Assembly (NCBI GenBank): GCA_040216735.1
Contig: JAVJOO010000004.1
Coordinates: 121,396-185,395 of the forward strand
Length of the DNA stretch: 64,000 bases
Reading direction: 5' to 3'
Source of the DNA: Alphaproteobacteria bacterium
Lineage (GTDB): Bacteria; Pseudomonadota; Alphaproteobacteria; SHVP01
Positions 9,125 to 18,737 of this stretch are shown piece by piece. Position 1 is the stretch's first letter; each line of letters opens with the position of its first letter. The notes beneath the pieces were generated by a model that made no database searches, was not told the DNA's origin, and was given only the letters and a program-made list of their open reading frames with translations. The position numbers were made by a program, and so were the translations under genes.

Positions 9125-9967
9125 TCAGGTCTCGACAGGCGTATCGGTGCGGCCGCCCCATTCGGTCCAGGAGCCGTCGTAGACCGCCCACTTGTCGTGG
9201 CCGATGAGGTGCAGGCCGAGTGCCATTACCGACGCCGTAATCCCCGACCCGCAACTGGTAACGACGTTGTTCGAGAGATCGAGACCTGCACCCTGTAGCG
9301 CGGCACGGATCACCTCGGCATCCTTGAAGGTCCGGTCGGGGTTGAGGATGTCGGTATATACGAGGTTTTTCGCGCCGGGCATGTGGCCCGCCCGAAGACC
9401 GGGACGCGGGTCGGCCTCGGTGCCGTCGAAGCGACCCTTCGCGCGCACGTCGAGCACCTGTTCCTTTCGGCCCTTCACGAGGTCCAGCATTTGGTCGATG
9501 GTGCGCACAGCGCCGGAGTCGAGCTTGGCGCCAAAGGTTGCGCGCTCTGGCTTGGGCGTCACGGTTTCAAGCGGACGATTCTCCGCCTTCCACTTCGGCA
9601 ATCCGCCGTTTAGGACCGCGACGTCGTAGTGCCGAAAGGCTCGAAACTCCCACCATACCCGCGCCGCGCTCTGCAGCCCGATGCCGTCGTAGACCACGAC
9701 CCGATCGGCGTTGGTGATGCCCATCGCCCCGACGGCCTTCGCGAAGTCTTCTGCGGAGGGCAGCATGTGCGGCAAATCGGTATTCGGATCGGAAATCGCG
9801 TCGATGTTGAAAAACTGCGCGCCCGGAATATGTCCCGCATTGTACTCCGCTTCCGGATCGCGGTTCTGCGCTGGCAGGTACCACGATCCATCGAGCACCT
9901 TCACCTTGTCCAAGTTGTCGGCAAGCCAGTCGGTTTCGACAAGGGCGTCGGGGTGGCTATAGGGCAT
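9125..9967 (-). CDS. sseA: 3-mercaptopyruvate / thiosulfate sulfurtransferase (tandem rhodanese domains)
   Basis: Two rhodanese domains. Active-site Cys in VTSCGSGITASV (CGSG is typical of 3-MST). Confidence 0.85.
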   Translation of the reverse strand: MPYSHPDALVETDWLADNLDKVKVLDGSWYLPAQNRDPEAEYNAGHIPGAQFFNIDAISDPNTDLPHMLPSAEDFAKAVGAMGITNADRVVVYDGIGLQSAARVWWEFRAFRHYDVAVLNGGLPKWKAENRPLETVTPKPERATFGAKLDSGAVRTIDQMLDLVKGRKEQVLDVRAKGRFDGTEADPRPGLRAGHMPGAKNLVYTDILNPDRTFKDAEVIRAALQGAGLDLSNNVVTSCGSGITASVMALGLHLIGHDKWAVYDGSWTEWGGRTDTPVET

Positions 9968-10036
9968 GGCTCAGATCCTCATAGTTGAAGACAGCTCAGG
10001 TTGGCATACGCCGACCGCTTAAGGGGACCGAAAATA

Positions 10037-10062
10037 CCTCCCCCTGTCCGCAGGGGGAGGGT
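10037..10062 (-). terminator. Rho-independent terminator candidate downstream of alaX
   Basis: Inverted repeat cctccccctg-tccg-cagggggagg. The minus-strand transcript then has UAUUUUC. Confidence 0.4.
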
Positions 10063-10099
10063 AGGGAGCCGGATTGTTCCAATCAAGGCAGGCGGTGGG

Positions 10100-10810
10100 T
10101 TAGGCGAACCGCAGATTGACCCGCCGGTTCTGGCGGCCCTTCTTTTCTATTTTGCCGATCTCGATGGCGCCGATCTCGCCGGTCCGTTTCACGTGCGTGC
10201 CGCCGCAGGGCTGGAGGTCGACGTTGTCGCCGATCCGCAGCAGCCGGACCCGTCCCGCGCCGCGCGGTGGCTGGACGGCCATGGTCTTGACCAGGTCGGG
10301 CTGGGCGTCGAGCTCGGCGTCGGTAATCCATTCATCGGTTACAGGATGGTCGGCGGCGATCAGCGCGGCGAGCTGCGCGGCGATGTCGTCCTTATCCAAA
10401 GTGGCTTCGGGAATGTCGAAATCCAGCCGGCCCTTTTCGTCCCCGACCGAGCCACCGGTAACGGGGTAGGGCAGGATCGCCGACAACAAATGCATGCAGG
10501 TGTGCATGCGCATGAGTTTGTGGCGCCGGTCCCAATCGATCGCCGCCGTCACCGTCGCGCCGACCGGCGGTGGCGCAGCACCCTCGGCCAACACATGCAC
10601 GACGCTGCCCGGCGCCTCGCCTTTGACGGCGTTGACGACGGTCAGCGCCGTCCCGTCGCCCAGCATCAGCGTCCCGGTATCGCCCGGCTGGCCGCCGCCT
10701 TGGGCATAGAAGACCGTTCGGTCGAGTTCGATCCCGCCGTCGTGCACGGCGCTCACGGTTGCCGTGCAGTCCTTGAGGTAGGCGTCCTGGACGAACAGCT
10801 GTTCGGTCAT
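10100..10810 (-). CDS. alaX: Alanyl-tRNA editing protein AlaX-M-like (Ala/Thr-tRNA synthetase second additional domain)
   Basis: Zinc-binding editing motifs (HxxxH: MHTCMHLL; CGGTH: PCGGTHV). Real start MTEQLFVQ (M29 of the track ORF). Confidence 0.75.
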   Translation of the reverse strand: MTEQLFVQDAYLKDCTATVSAVHDGGIELDRTVFYAQGGGQPGDTGTLMLGDGTALTVVNAVKGEAPGSVVHVLAEGAAPPPVGATVTAAIDWDRRHKLMRMHTCMHLLSAILPYPVTGGSVGDEKGRLDFDIPEATLDKDDIAAQLAALIAADHPVTDEWITDAELDAQPDLVKTMAVQPPRGAGRVRLLRIGDNVDLQPCGGTHVKRTGEIGAIEIGKIEKKGRQNRRVNLRFA

Positions 10811-10811
10811 C

Positions 10812-11813
10812 TCAAGCCATCCAATGGGGCACGGGCAGGCCCTTGTCCGCAAGGAACGCGGGGTTGAACATCTTGCTTTGGTAGCGCGTACCAAAGTCGC
10901 ACAGGATGGTCACGATGGTGTGCCCGGGCCCCAGCGCCTTGGCCATGCGCACCGCGCCCGCGACGTTGATGCCGCTGGAGCCGCCCAGGACCAGCCCTTC
11001 CTGTTCGATCAAGTCGAACACGATGTGGAGCGCCTCGTCGTCGGGGATTTGGAATGGCAGGTCGACCGGCGCGCCTTCGAGGTTCTTGGTGATGCGGCCC
11101 TGACCGATGCCTTCGGTGATCGACGATCCTTCGGACTTGAGTTCGCCGTGGGCGTAGTAATTGTACAGGGCCGCCCCCATCGGGTCGGCAAGCCCGATCT
11201 TCACGTCGGGCTTTTGTTCCTTCAGGTACATGCCGACACCGGCCAGCGTACCGCCGGTACCGACGGCGCAGATAAAGCCATCGACGGTGCCGCCGGTCTG
11301 TTGCCAGATTTCCGGCCCCGTGGTTTTGAAGTGGCCTTGGCGGTTCGCGACGTTATCGAACTGGTTGGCCCAAATCGCGCTGCCGGGATTTTTGGCGTTC
11401 AACTCGTCGGCGGTACGGCCCGAGACTTTTACGTAATTGCCCGGATCCTTGTAGGGCTTGGCCGGCACGGGCCGCAGATCGACCCCGCACAGCTTCAGCA
11501 TGTCCATCTTCTCTTGGCTCTGGGTCTCAGGGATGACGATGATGGTCTTGTAGCCCTTGGCGTTGCCGACCAAGGCAAGGCCGATCCCGGTATTGCCGGC
11601 GGTGCCCTCGACGATCGTGCCGCCCGGTTTGAGCGCCCCGGATTTTTCGGCGTCCTCGATGATCGCGAGCGCGGCGCGGTCCTTGACCGATCCGCCCGGG
11701 TTGAGGAACTCGGCTTTTCCCAGGATTTCGCATCCCGTCGCATCCGACAGTCGGTTCAGGCGGATCAGCGGCGTGTTGCCGACGGTATCGAGGAAGCCTT
11801 TGCGGATATCCAT
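10812..11813 (-). CDS. cysK: Cysteine synthase (PLP-dependent O-acetylserine sulfhydrylase family)
   Basis: PLP-lysine motif NPGGSVKDRA, a glycine-rich loop, and CysK/CBS-like length of 333 aa. Confidence 0.8.
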   Translation of the reverse strand: MDIRKGFLDTVGNTPLIRLNRLSDATGCEILGKAEFLNPGGSVKDRAALAIIEDAEKSGALKPGGTIVEGTAGNTGIGLALVGNAKGYKTIIVIPETQSQEKMDMLKLCGVDLRPVPAKPYKDPGNYVKVSGRTADELNAKNPGSAIWANQFDNVANRQGHFKTTGPEIWQQTGGTVDGFICAVGTGGTLAGVGMYLKEQKPDVKIGLADPMGAALYNYYAHGELKSEGSSITEGIGQGRITKNLEGAPVDLPFQIPDDEALHIVFDLIEQEGLVLGGSSGINVAGAVRMAKALGPGHTIVTILCDFGTRYQSKMFNPAFLADKGLPVPHWMA

Positions 11814-11882
11814 GGCGGGCCTAGGTCAGGGGAGGTGAGGCCTCGACCTTAAGGACCGCGCCAAGCTGCATCAAGCGCGGGA

Positions 11883-12644
11883 CTAGCCCGGCAAGGCCGC
11901 GGTCAAACCGCCGTCGACGGTCAGCGCCGTACCGGTCACCCACTCTGCGTCGTCGCTGGCCAAATACAAAAACCCGTTGGCGATATCGCGGGCGAGGCCG
12001 AGGCGGCCCAAGGGATGCAAACCCGTGGCGAAGGCGCGCGCGGCCGCCGGATCGTCCTGGTCGTCGAAATAGCCCTGGATCATCGGCGTGTCGATGAATC
12101 CCGGGCATACGCAGTTGACGCGAATCCTGTCGCCCGCGCCGTCCTTGGCCATGCACCGGGTTAGCATGATGACGGCGGCCTTGGAGGCGCAATACGCCGC
12201 GTCCTGGGCAATGCCGATCTGGCCGGCGATCGAGGCGGTGTTGAGGATCACACCGCCTTTGCGCGCCTTCATGTGGGGCCACACCGCCTTGGACATCAGA
12301 TAGATCGACTTCACATTGATATCCATCTCGGTATCCCATTGCGCTTCGCTCAATTGCTCGACGCTGCCGACGATGGTGATACCGGCGTTATTGACCACGA
12401 TATCGAGGCCGCCGGTATGGTCGACTGCCTTGGCGATGGTGACGGAAACTTGATCGGCTTTGGTAACGTCCAATGTCAGGCCGATGGCTTTGCCGCCGAT
12501 CTCCGCTGCGGTCTGCTGCGCACCCTCGCCGTTCTTGTCGGCGCATACGACGGTGCAGCCTTCTTCGGCAAACCGAATCGCCGTTGCCTTGCCAATACCC
12601 GAAGCTGCGCCGGTGACGAGCGCGGTCTTGCCCTTAAGACGCAT
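11883..12644 (-). CDS. SDR-family oxidoreductase
   Basis: TGAASGIGKA Rossmann motif, NNAG, and catalytic Y-x3-K (YCASKAA). Confidence 0.85.
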   Translation of the reverse strand: MRLKGKTALVTGAASGIGKATAIRFAEEGCTVVCADKNGEGAQQTAAEIGGKAIGLTLDVTKADQVSVTIAKAVDHTGGLDIVVNNAGITIVGSVEQLSEAQWDTEMDINVKSIYLMSKAVWPHMKARKGGVILNTASIAGQIGIAQDAAYCASKAAVIMLTRCMAKDGAGDRIRVNCVCPGFIDTPMIQGYFDDQDDPAAARAFATGLHPLGRLGLARDIANGFLYLASDDAEWVTGTALTVDGGLTAALPG

Positions 12645-12671
12645 GTCGAATCTCCCTACTGTGGTGAACGA

Positions 12672-12989
12672 TCAGTTGTGGCGGTCGCGCGGCACATAGG
12701 TGCCGTCGCGGAGTTCGGCAAACAGATCCTCAACCAAAGGATGGTGAATGTCCGAATCGTCGTCGCTGCGCTCCAAGTGGCGTTCGGCGACGTAGGTCGT
12801 GTGCTCGCCGCCATCGACCAGCACGCTATACCAGGGCTTGTCCTTGGGTGGCCGCGAGCGGGCGACCTCTTCGTACCACGAATCGTCGAGGCTGAAGGTC
12901 GGATCGACGTCGTAGACGACGCCGCGGTAGCCTGCGCGGCGGTGGGCGACGATCTGGCCGACATGGAAACGGGCTCTTCTAGCGCTCAC
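12672..12989 (-). CDS. hspQ: Heat-shock protein HspQ (YccV-like hemimethylated-DNA-binding domain)
   Basis: FHVGQIVAHRRAGYRGVVYDVDP...PWYSVLVDGGEHTTYVAE matches the HspQ core. GTG start. Confidence 0.7.
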   Translation of the reverse strand: MSARRARFHVGQIVAHRRAGYRGVVYDVDPTFSLDDSWYEEVARSRPPKDKPWYSVLVDGGEHTTYVAERHLERSDDDSDIHHPLVEDLFAELRDGTYVPRDRHN

Positions 12990-13071
12990 AGGTGACCTTT
13001 CGGCGGTCTGACGTGGTCTTCGGGGCCGGATCGGCTAGTCTGGCGGCCAACCCCAATGGAGAAGTCATAGG

Positions 13072-13476
13072 ATGAAGAAAGGCTACAAGCAATTGGTCGA
13101 CGAGGCCAATGCCGCGATCGAAACCATCGCGGTAAAGGAGGCTTTAGCGCTGGTCGGTGACGAAAGCGTGACGATCGTGGACATTCGCGATGTCCGCGAG
13201 CTGTGGCACGAGGGCAAGATCCCCGGTGCCGTTCACGCACCGCGCGGGATGCTGGAATTCTGGGTCGACCCCGACAGCCCCTACCACCGCGACGTCTTCG
13301 CCAGCGGCAAGAAATTCGTCTTTTACTGCAAATCCGGCTGGCGCTCGGCGTTGGCGGCCAAGCAACTCCAGGATATGGGTCTGGAGCCCGTGGCCCACAT
13401 CGACGGCGGCTTCGGCGCCTGGGTCGACGCCGGCGGCCCGACCGAAAAGGTCGAGCAGAAGAAACCGAAGGGCTAG
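13072..13476 (+). CDS. Single-domain rhodanese sulfurtransferase
   Basis: Rhodanese fold with active-site loop FYCKSGWRSA. 134 aa. Confidence 0.8.
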   Translation: MKKGYKQLVDEANAAIETIAVKEALALVGDESVTIVDIRDVRELWHEGKIPGAVHAPRGMLEFWVDPDSPYHRDVFASGKKFVFYCKSGWRSALAAKQLQDMGLEPVAHIDGGFGAWVDAGGPTEKVEQKKPKG

Positions 13477-13480
13477 GGGA

Positions 13481-13864
13481 CTACGCGCCGATTTGTGGGC
13501 AGAGCTTCTTCGGCGCGATTAGCTTGTAACTCTCCACCATCCAGCCCTTGAGTAGATTCACCGGAACGTCTTCACCCGGTTCGAACGACGCGGTGATCCA
13601 TCCTGCCTTACCCAGGCCATAACCGGTCGCTTCGGTGAAGGGCAGGTGGCTGGCTTCGGCGTGGCTATCGCGCAGCTTGGCGGTGAACTTCAGCGCCTCG
13701 GGGCTACATACTAAGAACGTGAAGACCTTCTTGCGTACCTTGAACGCGCGGTCTCCCCAGGGCCATTCCTCAACCGCTTCGGGGAGGGACAGTGCATGGG
13801 TCACGAGTGCCGCCTCGGCGTTCTTGATCGACGCGGGCAGTTTGGAACTGGCCGGTGCCGCCAT
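13481..13864 (-). CDS. MmcQ/YjbR-family protein
   Basis: C-terminal 127 aa of the track ORF (start MAAPASS...) shows the YjbR-like pattern (WPWGDRAFKVRKKVFTF...). Upstream part is an artefact. Confidence 0.5.
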   Translation of the reverse strand: MAAPASSKLPASIKNAEAALVTHALSLPEAVEEWPWGDRAFKVRKKVFTFLVCSPEALKFTAKLRDSHAEASHLPFTEATGYGLGKAGWITASFEPGEDVPVNLLKGWMVESYKLIAPKKLCPQIGA

Positions 13865-13866
13865 CG

Positions 13867-15294
13867 CTATTCGGCGGCGGCGCTTTGTTTTGTTGAGGCG
13901 ATCAGCCGGGCTGTGGCTTCGCCTGCAAGCCTGCCCTGCGTCGTCGCGGTGAACAGCCCGGCCGCCGGAATGTAACCCCAGTCCGACGGTCCCGACGTCG
14001 AGCGCGCCGTGCCGCCCGCGGCAAACAAATTCGGCAGGAGCGATCCGTCCTCCCTGCGCACTTGCGCGTTGCCGTCGATGACAAGACCGCCCTGGGTGTG
14101 GAACAGCGCGCCGACCGATTTGACTGTGTACCACGGCGGGCCTTGCAGCGGCGTTTCGCTCGCGAAGTCGCGGCCAAACGAGTCTTTGCCGTTGCCGTTC
14201 TGCATGGCCATGACATCGGCCAAGGTTTTCTTGAGCGTTTCCAGCGGCATCTTGGTGATGGCGGCGAGTTCTTCGGTCGTGTCGGCCCGGCGCACCGCGC
14301 CGACCGCCATGGCTTCTTTATGTTCTTCGTACTTCATCACGAAGTCTTGGCGCTTTTGGTCGAAAATGAACCAGACATAGTGCTCGGGTTGTGCCGTGAC
14401 CTTGCGGCCCATGCCCGAGATATCGGTCGATTCGTCGGTGAAGCGTTCGCCGTTCACGTTGACGACGATCCCGCCGTCGAGAATCACGATGTAATGGATC
14501 AACACCCGTGCCGGCTCGGCCAGCGCACCCAGCCCTTGAAATGCGGTCATGTCGCCGGTCGCGGCGCCCAGTTCCATCCCCCACCGAATGCCTTCGCCCT
14601 CGTTGCCCTCATGGCCGTGGTAGATCGCATCGGCCATTTCGGGAATGAACTGCTTGATCATGTCGCGGTTCGCGCCGAACCCGCAGGTCGCTAGGATCAG
14701 TGCGCCGCACCCGACCTCTTCGTCCGAGCCGTCGGGACGTTCGAAGCGCACTCCGCGCACGGTGCCGTCGTCTTCGGCAAAGACATCGACGACATGGGCA
14801 TCGGTAATGAGGTCGACGCCCGCCGCTTCGCAGGCGTTCATCAAGCAACTCATCAACTCCGTACCGGTCTTGGTCGGTGTCGCGTGGATTCGCGCGCGCG
14901 AGTGCCCGAGCTTGGCGCCCCAATCGAGATCGACCTTGAGCGGAATGTTGTGCGTGGCGGTCAGCCAATCAACGGTCGCCCCGGACGCGTTGGCAAATAC
15001 CCGTGCCAATTCGTGATCGGTCTGCCCGCGGGTCAGCTTGATGATATCGTCGGCAAACCGGTCGCCCGAGTCCTCAACGCCCGCTTCCCGCTGGCTCTTG
15101 GTCCCTGCCGCCGCGATGTTGCCCTGCGACATCGCCGTGGAACCGCGCGGCGTATGGTCCCGTTCGAGCAGAAGCACGTCCGCGCCGCCGTCGCGCGCCG
15201 CAAGTGCAGCGGTCATCCCCGCCGCCCCGGCGCCGACAACCACGACAGGCACGGTGTATTCGAAGGTCTTTCCAGCAGCGGGTTTAATCGGCAT
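13867..15294 (-). CDS. FAD-binding dehydrogenase (fumarate reductase / succinate dehydrogenase flavoprotein-like, KstD/TcuA-like), paralog 1
   Basis: N-terminal GAGAAG FAD motif (VVVVGAGAAGMTAALAA) and C-terminal FAD-binding GG motif (LFAAGGTARS). Confidence 0.75.
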   Translation of the reverse strand: MPIKPAAGKTFEYTVPVVVVGAGAAGMTAALAARDGGADVLLLERDHTPRGSTAMSQGNIAAAGTKSQREAGVEDSGDRFADDIIKLTRGQTDHELARVFANASGATVDWLTATHNIPLKVDLDWGAKLGHSRARIHATPTKTGTELMSCLMNACEAAGVDLITDAHVVDVFAEDDGTVRGVRFERPDGSDEEVGCGALILATCGFGANRDMIKQFIPEMADAIYHGHEGNEGEGIRWGMELGAATGDMTAFQGLGALAEPARVLIHYIVILDGGIVVNVNGERFTDESTDISGMGRKVTAQPEHYVWFIFDQKRQDFVMKYEEHKEAMAVGAVRRADTTEELAAITKMPLETLKKTLADVMAMQNGNGKDSFGRDFASETPLQGPPWYTVKSVGALFHTQGGLVIDGNAQVRREDGSLLPNLFAAGGTARSTSGPSDWGYIPAAGLFTATTQGRLAGEATARLIASTKQSAAAE

Positions 15295-15343
15295 TGGCGG
15301 CTCCTATGGCGAGGGCACAGCCTAGCACAGCGCTGCGGCGGAC

Positions 15344-16741
15344 CTAGCCTTTGACCTGCTTGGCCGCTTCGCGACCGGCGATGCGCCCCAGGACAGTCGC
15401 CGTCAGCAAACCGTTACCCGACAGGTAGCCCCAGCGCGACGGGCCAGACAGGCCGCGCGCGGCGCCGCCCCCGGCATAGAGGTTCGGCAGCGGTGTGCCG
15501 TCCTCGCGCAACACCTGGGCCTTGTCGTTGACTACCAGGCCGCCCTGGGTGTGAAACAATGCGCCGGTGATTTTGGCAAAGTGGTAGGGCGGCTCCATCA
15601 ACTCGGTTTTGCTCCAGTCGCGGCCCCATGGGTCCGGCTTAGTGCCACTGCGATAGGCGTCGAGATCGGCGAAGGTCTGTTTGAGCGCGTCCAGCGGCAG
15701 GCCGGTCTGCTTGGCGATGCCCTCGACCGTGTCAGCCGTTTTGTGGGCACCCATCTCGATGCCGTTGCGGTAGTCGAGGAAATCGACGCCGAGTTTGTGT
15801 CCGCCTTCGTCCCAGATTTCCCACGCGACGCCCTCGGGTTGCGAAATGACGTCCACGGCTTGTTCCGAATAGCCGCGCACCTCGTTGGAAAAGCGTTCGC
15901 CGCCAAGATTCACTTGAATCCCGCCCTCAGTCAGGAGGCCCCAAAACAGCAAGGTCCCGTGCGGCTGGGTGACCGCGCCGTGTCCCTGATAGCCGCCCAT
16001 GTCGGCGACGGCGCCGCCGAGCTGGCGCCCCCAATTGACCGCGTCGCCCTTGTTGCCGGTGTGCCCGAAGTACCAGGCGTCAGCCATTTCAGGGACGAAC
16101 TCGCGCACCATTTCCGGGTTTCCGCCATAGCCGTTGCACGCGAGGATCAGGGCGTCGCAGCCGATGTCCTCGACGGCGCCGTCGGGCCGGGTAATTCGCA
16201 CGCCGGTCACGCGACCGGTCGTTTGGTCGGCGAAGAGGCTGGTCACCGGGGCGGAGGTCGCGATATCGATCCCCTCGCGCCCGACCGCCTCGTTTAGCAC
16301 CGCCATCAATTCCGTGCCGGTACGGTTGGGCGAGCCGTGCATGCGCCACTCGCTATGCCCGGGATATTTGAACCCGGTCAAAAGCGATAATGGCAGGCCG
16401 ACGGTATCGACGAGCCAATCGACCGTGGACCCGCTGGCCTCGGCGACCCAATGCGCCATGTTGGGATCGTTCTTGTTCTTGGCCTTGGCGATCAGATCCT
16501 TCGCGAACTGCTCGGGCGAGTCCGTCACTCCGGCTGCCTTCTGCAACTTCGTGCCCGCGGCCGGGATCAAACATGTCGAGAGCGAGGACGACCCGCTCGG
16601 CGTCTCGTCGCGCTCCAGCAGCATCGCATCGGCGCCGTTTTCCTTGGCGGTCAGCGCGGCACTAATACCGCAGGCTCCGGCGCCGATAATGAGGACGGGG
16701 ACCGAGATGTCGAAGGTCTTGTTTTCGGCGGGCAAGATCAT
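15344..16741 (-). CDS. FAD-binding dehydrogenase, tandem paralog 2
   Basis: VLIIGAGACGISAALTA and C-terminal LYAGGGAARG. About 40-45% identity to the neighbour. Confidence 0.75.
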   Translation of the reverse strand: MILPAENKTFDISVPVLIIGAGACGISAALTAKENGADAMLLERDETPSGSSSLSTCLIPAAGTKLQKAAGVTDSPEQFAKDLIAKAKNKNDPNMAHWVAEASGSTVDWLVDTVGLPLSLLTGFKYPGHSEWRMHGSPNRTGTELMAVLNEAVGREGIDIATSAPVTSLFADQTTGRVTGVRITRPDGAVEDIGCDALILACNGYGGNPEMVREFVPEMADAWYFGHTGNKGDAVNWGRQLGGAVADMGGYQGHGAVTQPHGTLLFWGLLTEGGIQVNLGGERFSNEVRGYSEQAVDVISQPEGVAWEIWDEGGHKLGVDFLDYRNGIEMGAHKTADTVEGIAKQTGLPLDALKQTFADLDAYRSGTKPDPWGRDWSKTELMEPPYHFAKITGALFHTQGGLVVNDKAQVLREDGTPLPNLYAGGGAARGLSGPSRWGYLSGNGLLTATVLGRIAGREAAKQVKG

Positions 16742-16825
16742 GGCGATTTCCGGGTCAACGCAGTTTCAAGGGATGGGTTGATATAACATCGGTGGGCGGC
16801 GACTGACAGTGTTGCCGCCGGGCGG

Positions 16826-18538
16826 TCAGTGTGCGCGCACCAACCGACCAGGCAATTCGCCCGTCCAATCGCCGTCGCGCCGCGACACGACCCCTGATAC
16901 GACCGTCGCGACGTAGCCTTCGGCCTGTTGCGACAAGCGCATCGCGCCCCCGGGAAGATCGTGGGTGGCCCGGGCGGCGTGCAGTTTGAGGCGGTCGTGA
17001 TCGATCACGTTGATGTCGGCTTTCAATCCTGTCTTGAGGATGCCACGGTCGGGCATGCCCATGACCCGCGCGTGATCGCCGGTCAGCGCTTTGACGATCC
17101 AAGGGAGCGATAGGCGCTCGCCGTCGCGGTCGCGGCCCCAATAGGTCAGCAAAAACGTCGGCATGCTGCTGTCGCAGATCCGCCCGACGTGGGCCCCCGC
17201 ATCTCCGAGGCCGATTTCCATTTCGGGGCGGCGCAGCATTTCCAAGCAGGTATCGAGGTTGTTGAACGCGAAGTTCCGTGCGGGCAAATAAAGCACGCCG
17301 TTCCCGTCGTTCTCCATCATGACGTCATAGGCGACGGCCAAAGGTGTGGTTCCCTTGCTTTCGGCGATCTTGTCGAGCCGGTCGCTGAGCGGCGGCGAAT
17401 AGTTCGGCGGATCGCCCATGCGGTACAGCAGGTCGGCGCTGCGCGACATTTTCACTACGCGGTCGTCGGGGTTGGCGGGGTCTTCGTCGAGCAGACGGGC
17501 CCGCAGCGCCGGATCGCGCAAGGCAGCGACCCGCTTGGCCAGCGGCAGACTGGCAATGGCTTGGTAGGATGGGCAGGTCGTGAACGGGTTGTTGGTCATC
17601 TCCAGACCGAACAGCACGCCGACGGGTCGGGGCACGACCTGACCGTACATGCTGGCGCCGTTCTTGATGGCAGCCGCCGCGCCGTCGGCGATCTCGCGCC
17701 AGCGGTCGGGCGCGTCGCTGCCCTGCAGCATGGGGAAGTGGACCGGACGGCCCGATATCTCGGCGATGCGTCGCAGCATGTTGAACTCGGCCGAGACGCC
17801 GTTGACGCTGTTGAACTCCGACGCCGACATGAAATGCCCGCGCCCCTTGCGCGTCATCGCCAAGGCCAAGGCGAGCAGCTCGTCCTCGTCGGCTGTGGTT
17901 GAGGGGATGACGTCGCCGCTTCGCGCGCGATGCCCCGTCGCCCGCGATGTCGTGAACCCAAACCCGCCGGCTTCGATACCCTCTTCAACTAGCGCCGCCA
18001 TTTGGCGGATGTCGGCGGGCGATGCAGGTTCGCGGCGAATGCCACGCTCGCCCATCACAAACACGCGAATCGGGACATGCGGGACGAAGGTGCCGAAGTC
18101 GACATCGGCGCGTCGCGTTTCGAGAACGTCCATGAATTCGGGGAAACTTTGCCACGTCCACGGCAACCCTTTGTCGAGGACGGCGGCGGGGATGTCCTCG
18201 ACCCCATCCATCACATCGACCATGACGGCGCGATGCTCAGGTTTGCAGGGTGCGAAGCCGACGCCGCAGTTCCCCATCAGGACAGTCGTGACGCCGTGTT
18301 CGGAGCATGGGGTCAGATGCTGGTCCCACATCACTTGCGCATCGAAGTGCGTGTGAATGTCGATAAAGCCCGGTGTGACGAGGTGCCCTTTGGCGTCGAT
18401 TTCTTCACTGCCGGCGTCCGCGACCTTGCCGACGGCTGCGATTTTGCCGTCCGTCACCGCGACATCGGCGTCAAAGGGCGCGCCGCCGGTGCCGTCGATA
18501 ACGGTGCCCCCGCGGACAACAAGATCGTATTTCGCCAT
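16826..18538 (-). CDS. N-acyl-D-amino-acid deacylase (D-aminoacylase) family amidohydrolase
   Basis: Starts MAKYDLVVRGGTVIDGTG. Metal-binding HxH (IDIHTHFD). Length about 570 aa, typical of D-aminoacylases. Confidence 0.8.
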   Translation of the reverse strand: MAKYDLVVRGGTVIDGTGGAPFDADVAVTDGKIAAVGKVADAGSEEIDAKGHLVTPGFIDIHTHFDAQVMWDQHLTPCSEHGVTTVLMGNCGVGFAPCKPEHRAVMVDVMDGVEDIPAAVLDKGLPWTWQSFPEFMDVLETRRADVDFGTFVPHVPIRVFVMGERGIRREPASPADIRQMAALVEEGIEAGGFGFTTSRATGHRARSGDVIPSTTADEDELLALALAMTRKGRGHFMSASEFNSVNGVSAEFNMLRRIAEISGRPVHFPMLQGSDAPDRWREIADGAAAAIKNGASMYGQVVPRPVGVLFGLEMTNNPFTTCPSYQAIASLPLAKRVAALRDPALRARLLDEDPANPDDRVVKMSRSADLLYRMGDPPNYSPPLSDRLDKIAESKGTTPLAVAYDVMMENDGNGVLYLPARNFAFNNLDTCLEMLRRPEMEIGLGDAGAHVGRICDSSMPTFLLTYWGRDRDGERLSLPWIVKALTGDHARVMGMPDRGILKTGLKADINVIDHDRLKLHAARATHDLPGGAMRLSQQAEGYVATVVSGVVSRRDGDWTGELPGRLVRAH

Positions 18539-18737
18539 GTTCGTTCTCCCTCCCCAGGGCCGGCAATACCGCGACCTTGGCAATCCTAGCCCAGCCGGCG
18601 GCCTTATCCTTGTGGATTATAGACGAACGAAACGGCGACACGCCCCGTGGGCAGCCGCCCGTCTACTGGGGTAAACTGGCCCCAAGGGGTCCGCGACGGG
18701 AACACCCGGTCCGCCGACCCTGCATAGGGAGGACGTT

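Noticed and set aside
10001-11852. Plus-strand ORFs 10001..10867 and 10824..11852 (288 and 342 aa)
   Set aside because: They are antisense to alaX and cysK, which have strong family signatures, and they show no recognisable motifs.
12990-13071. Sigma-32 heat-shock promoter upstream of hspQ
   Set aside because: CTTCGGG and CCCCAAT are present but 26 nt apart and on the wrong strand for hspQ. This does not match a CTTGAA-N13-15-CCCCAT promoter.
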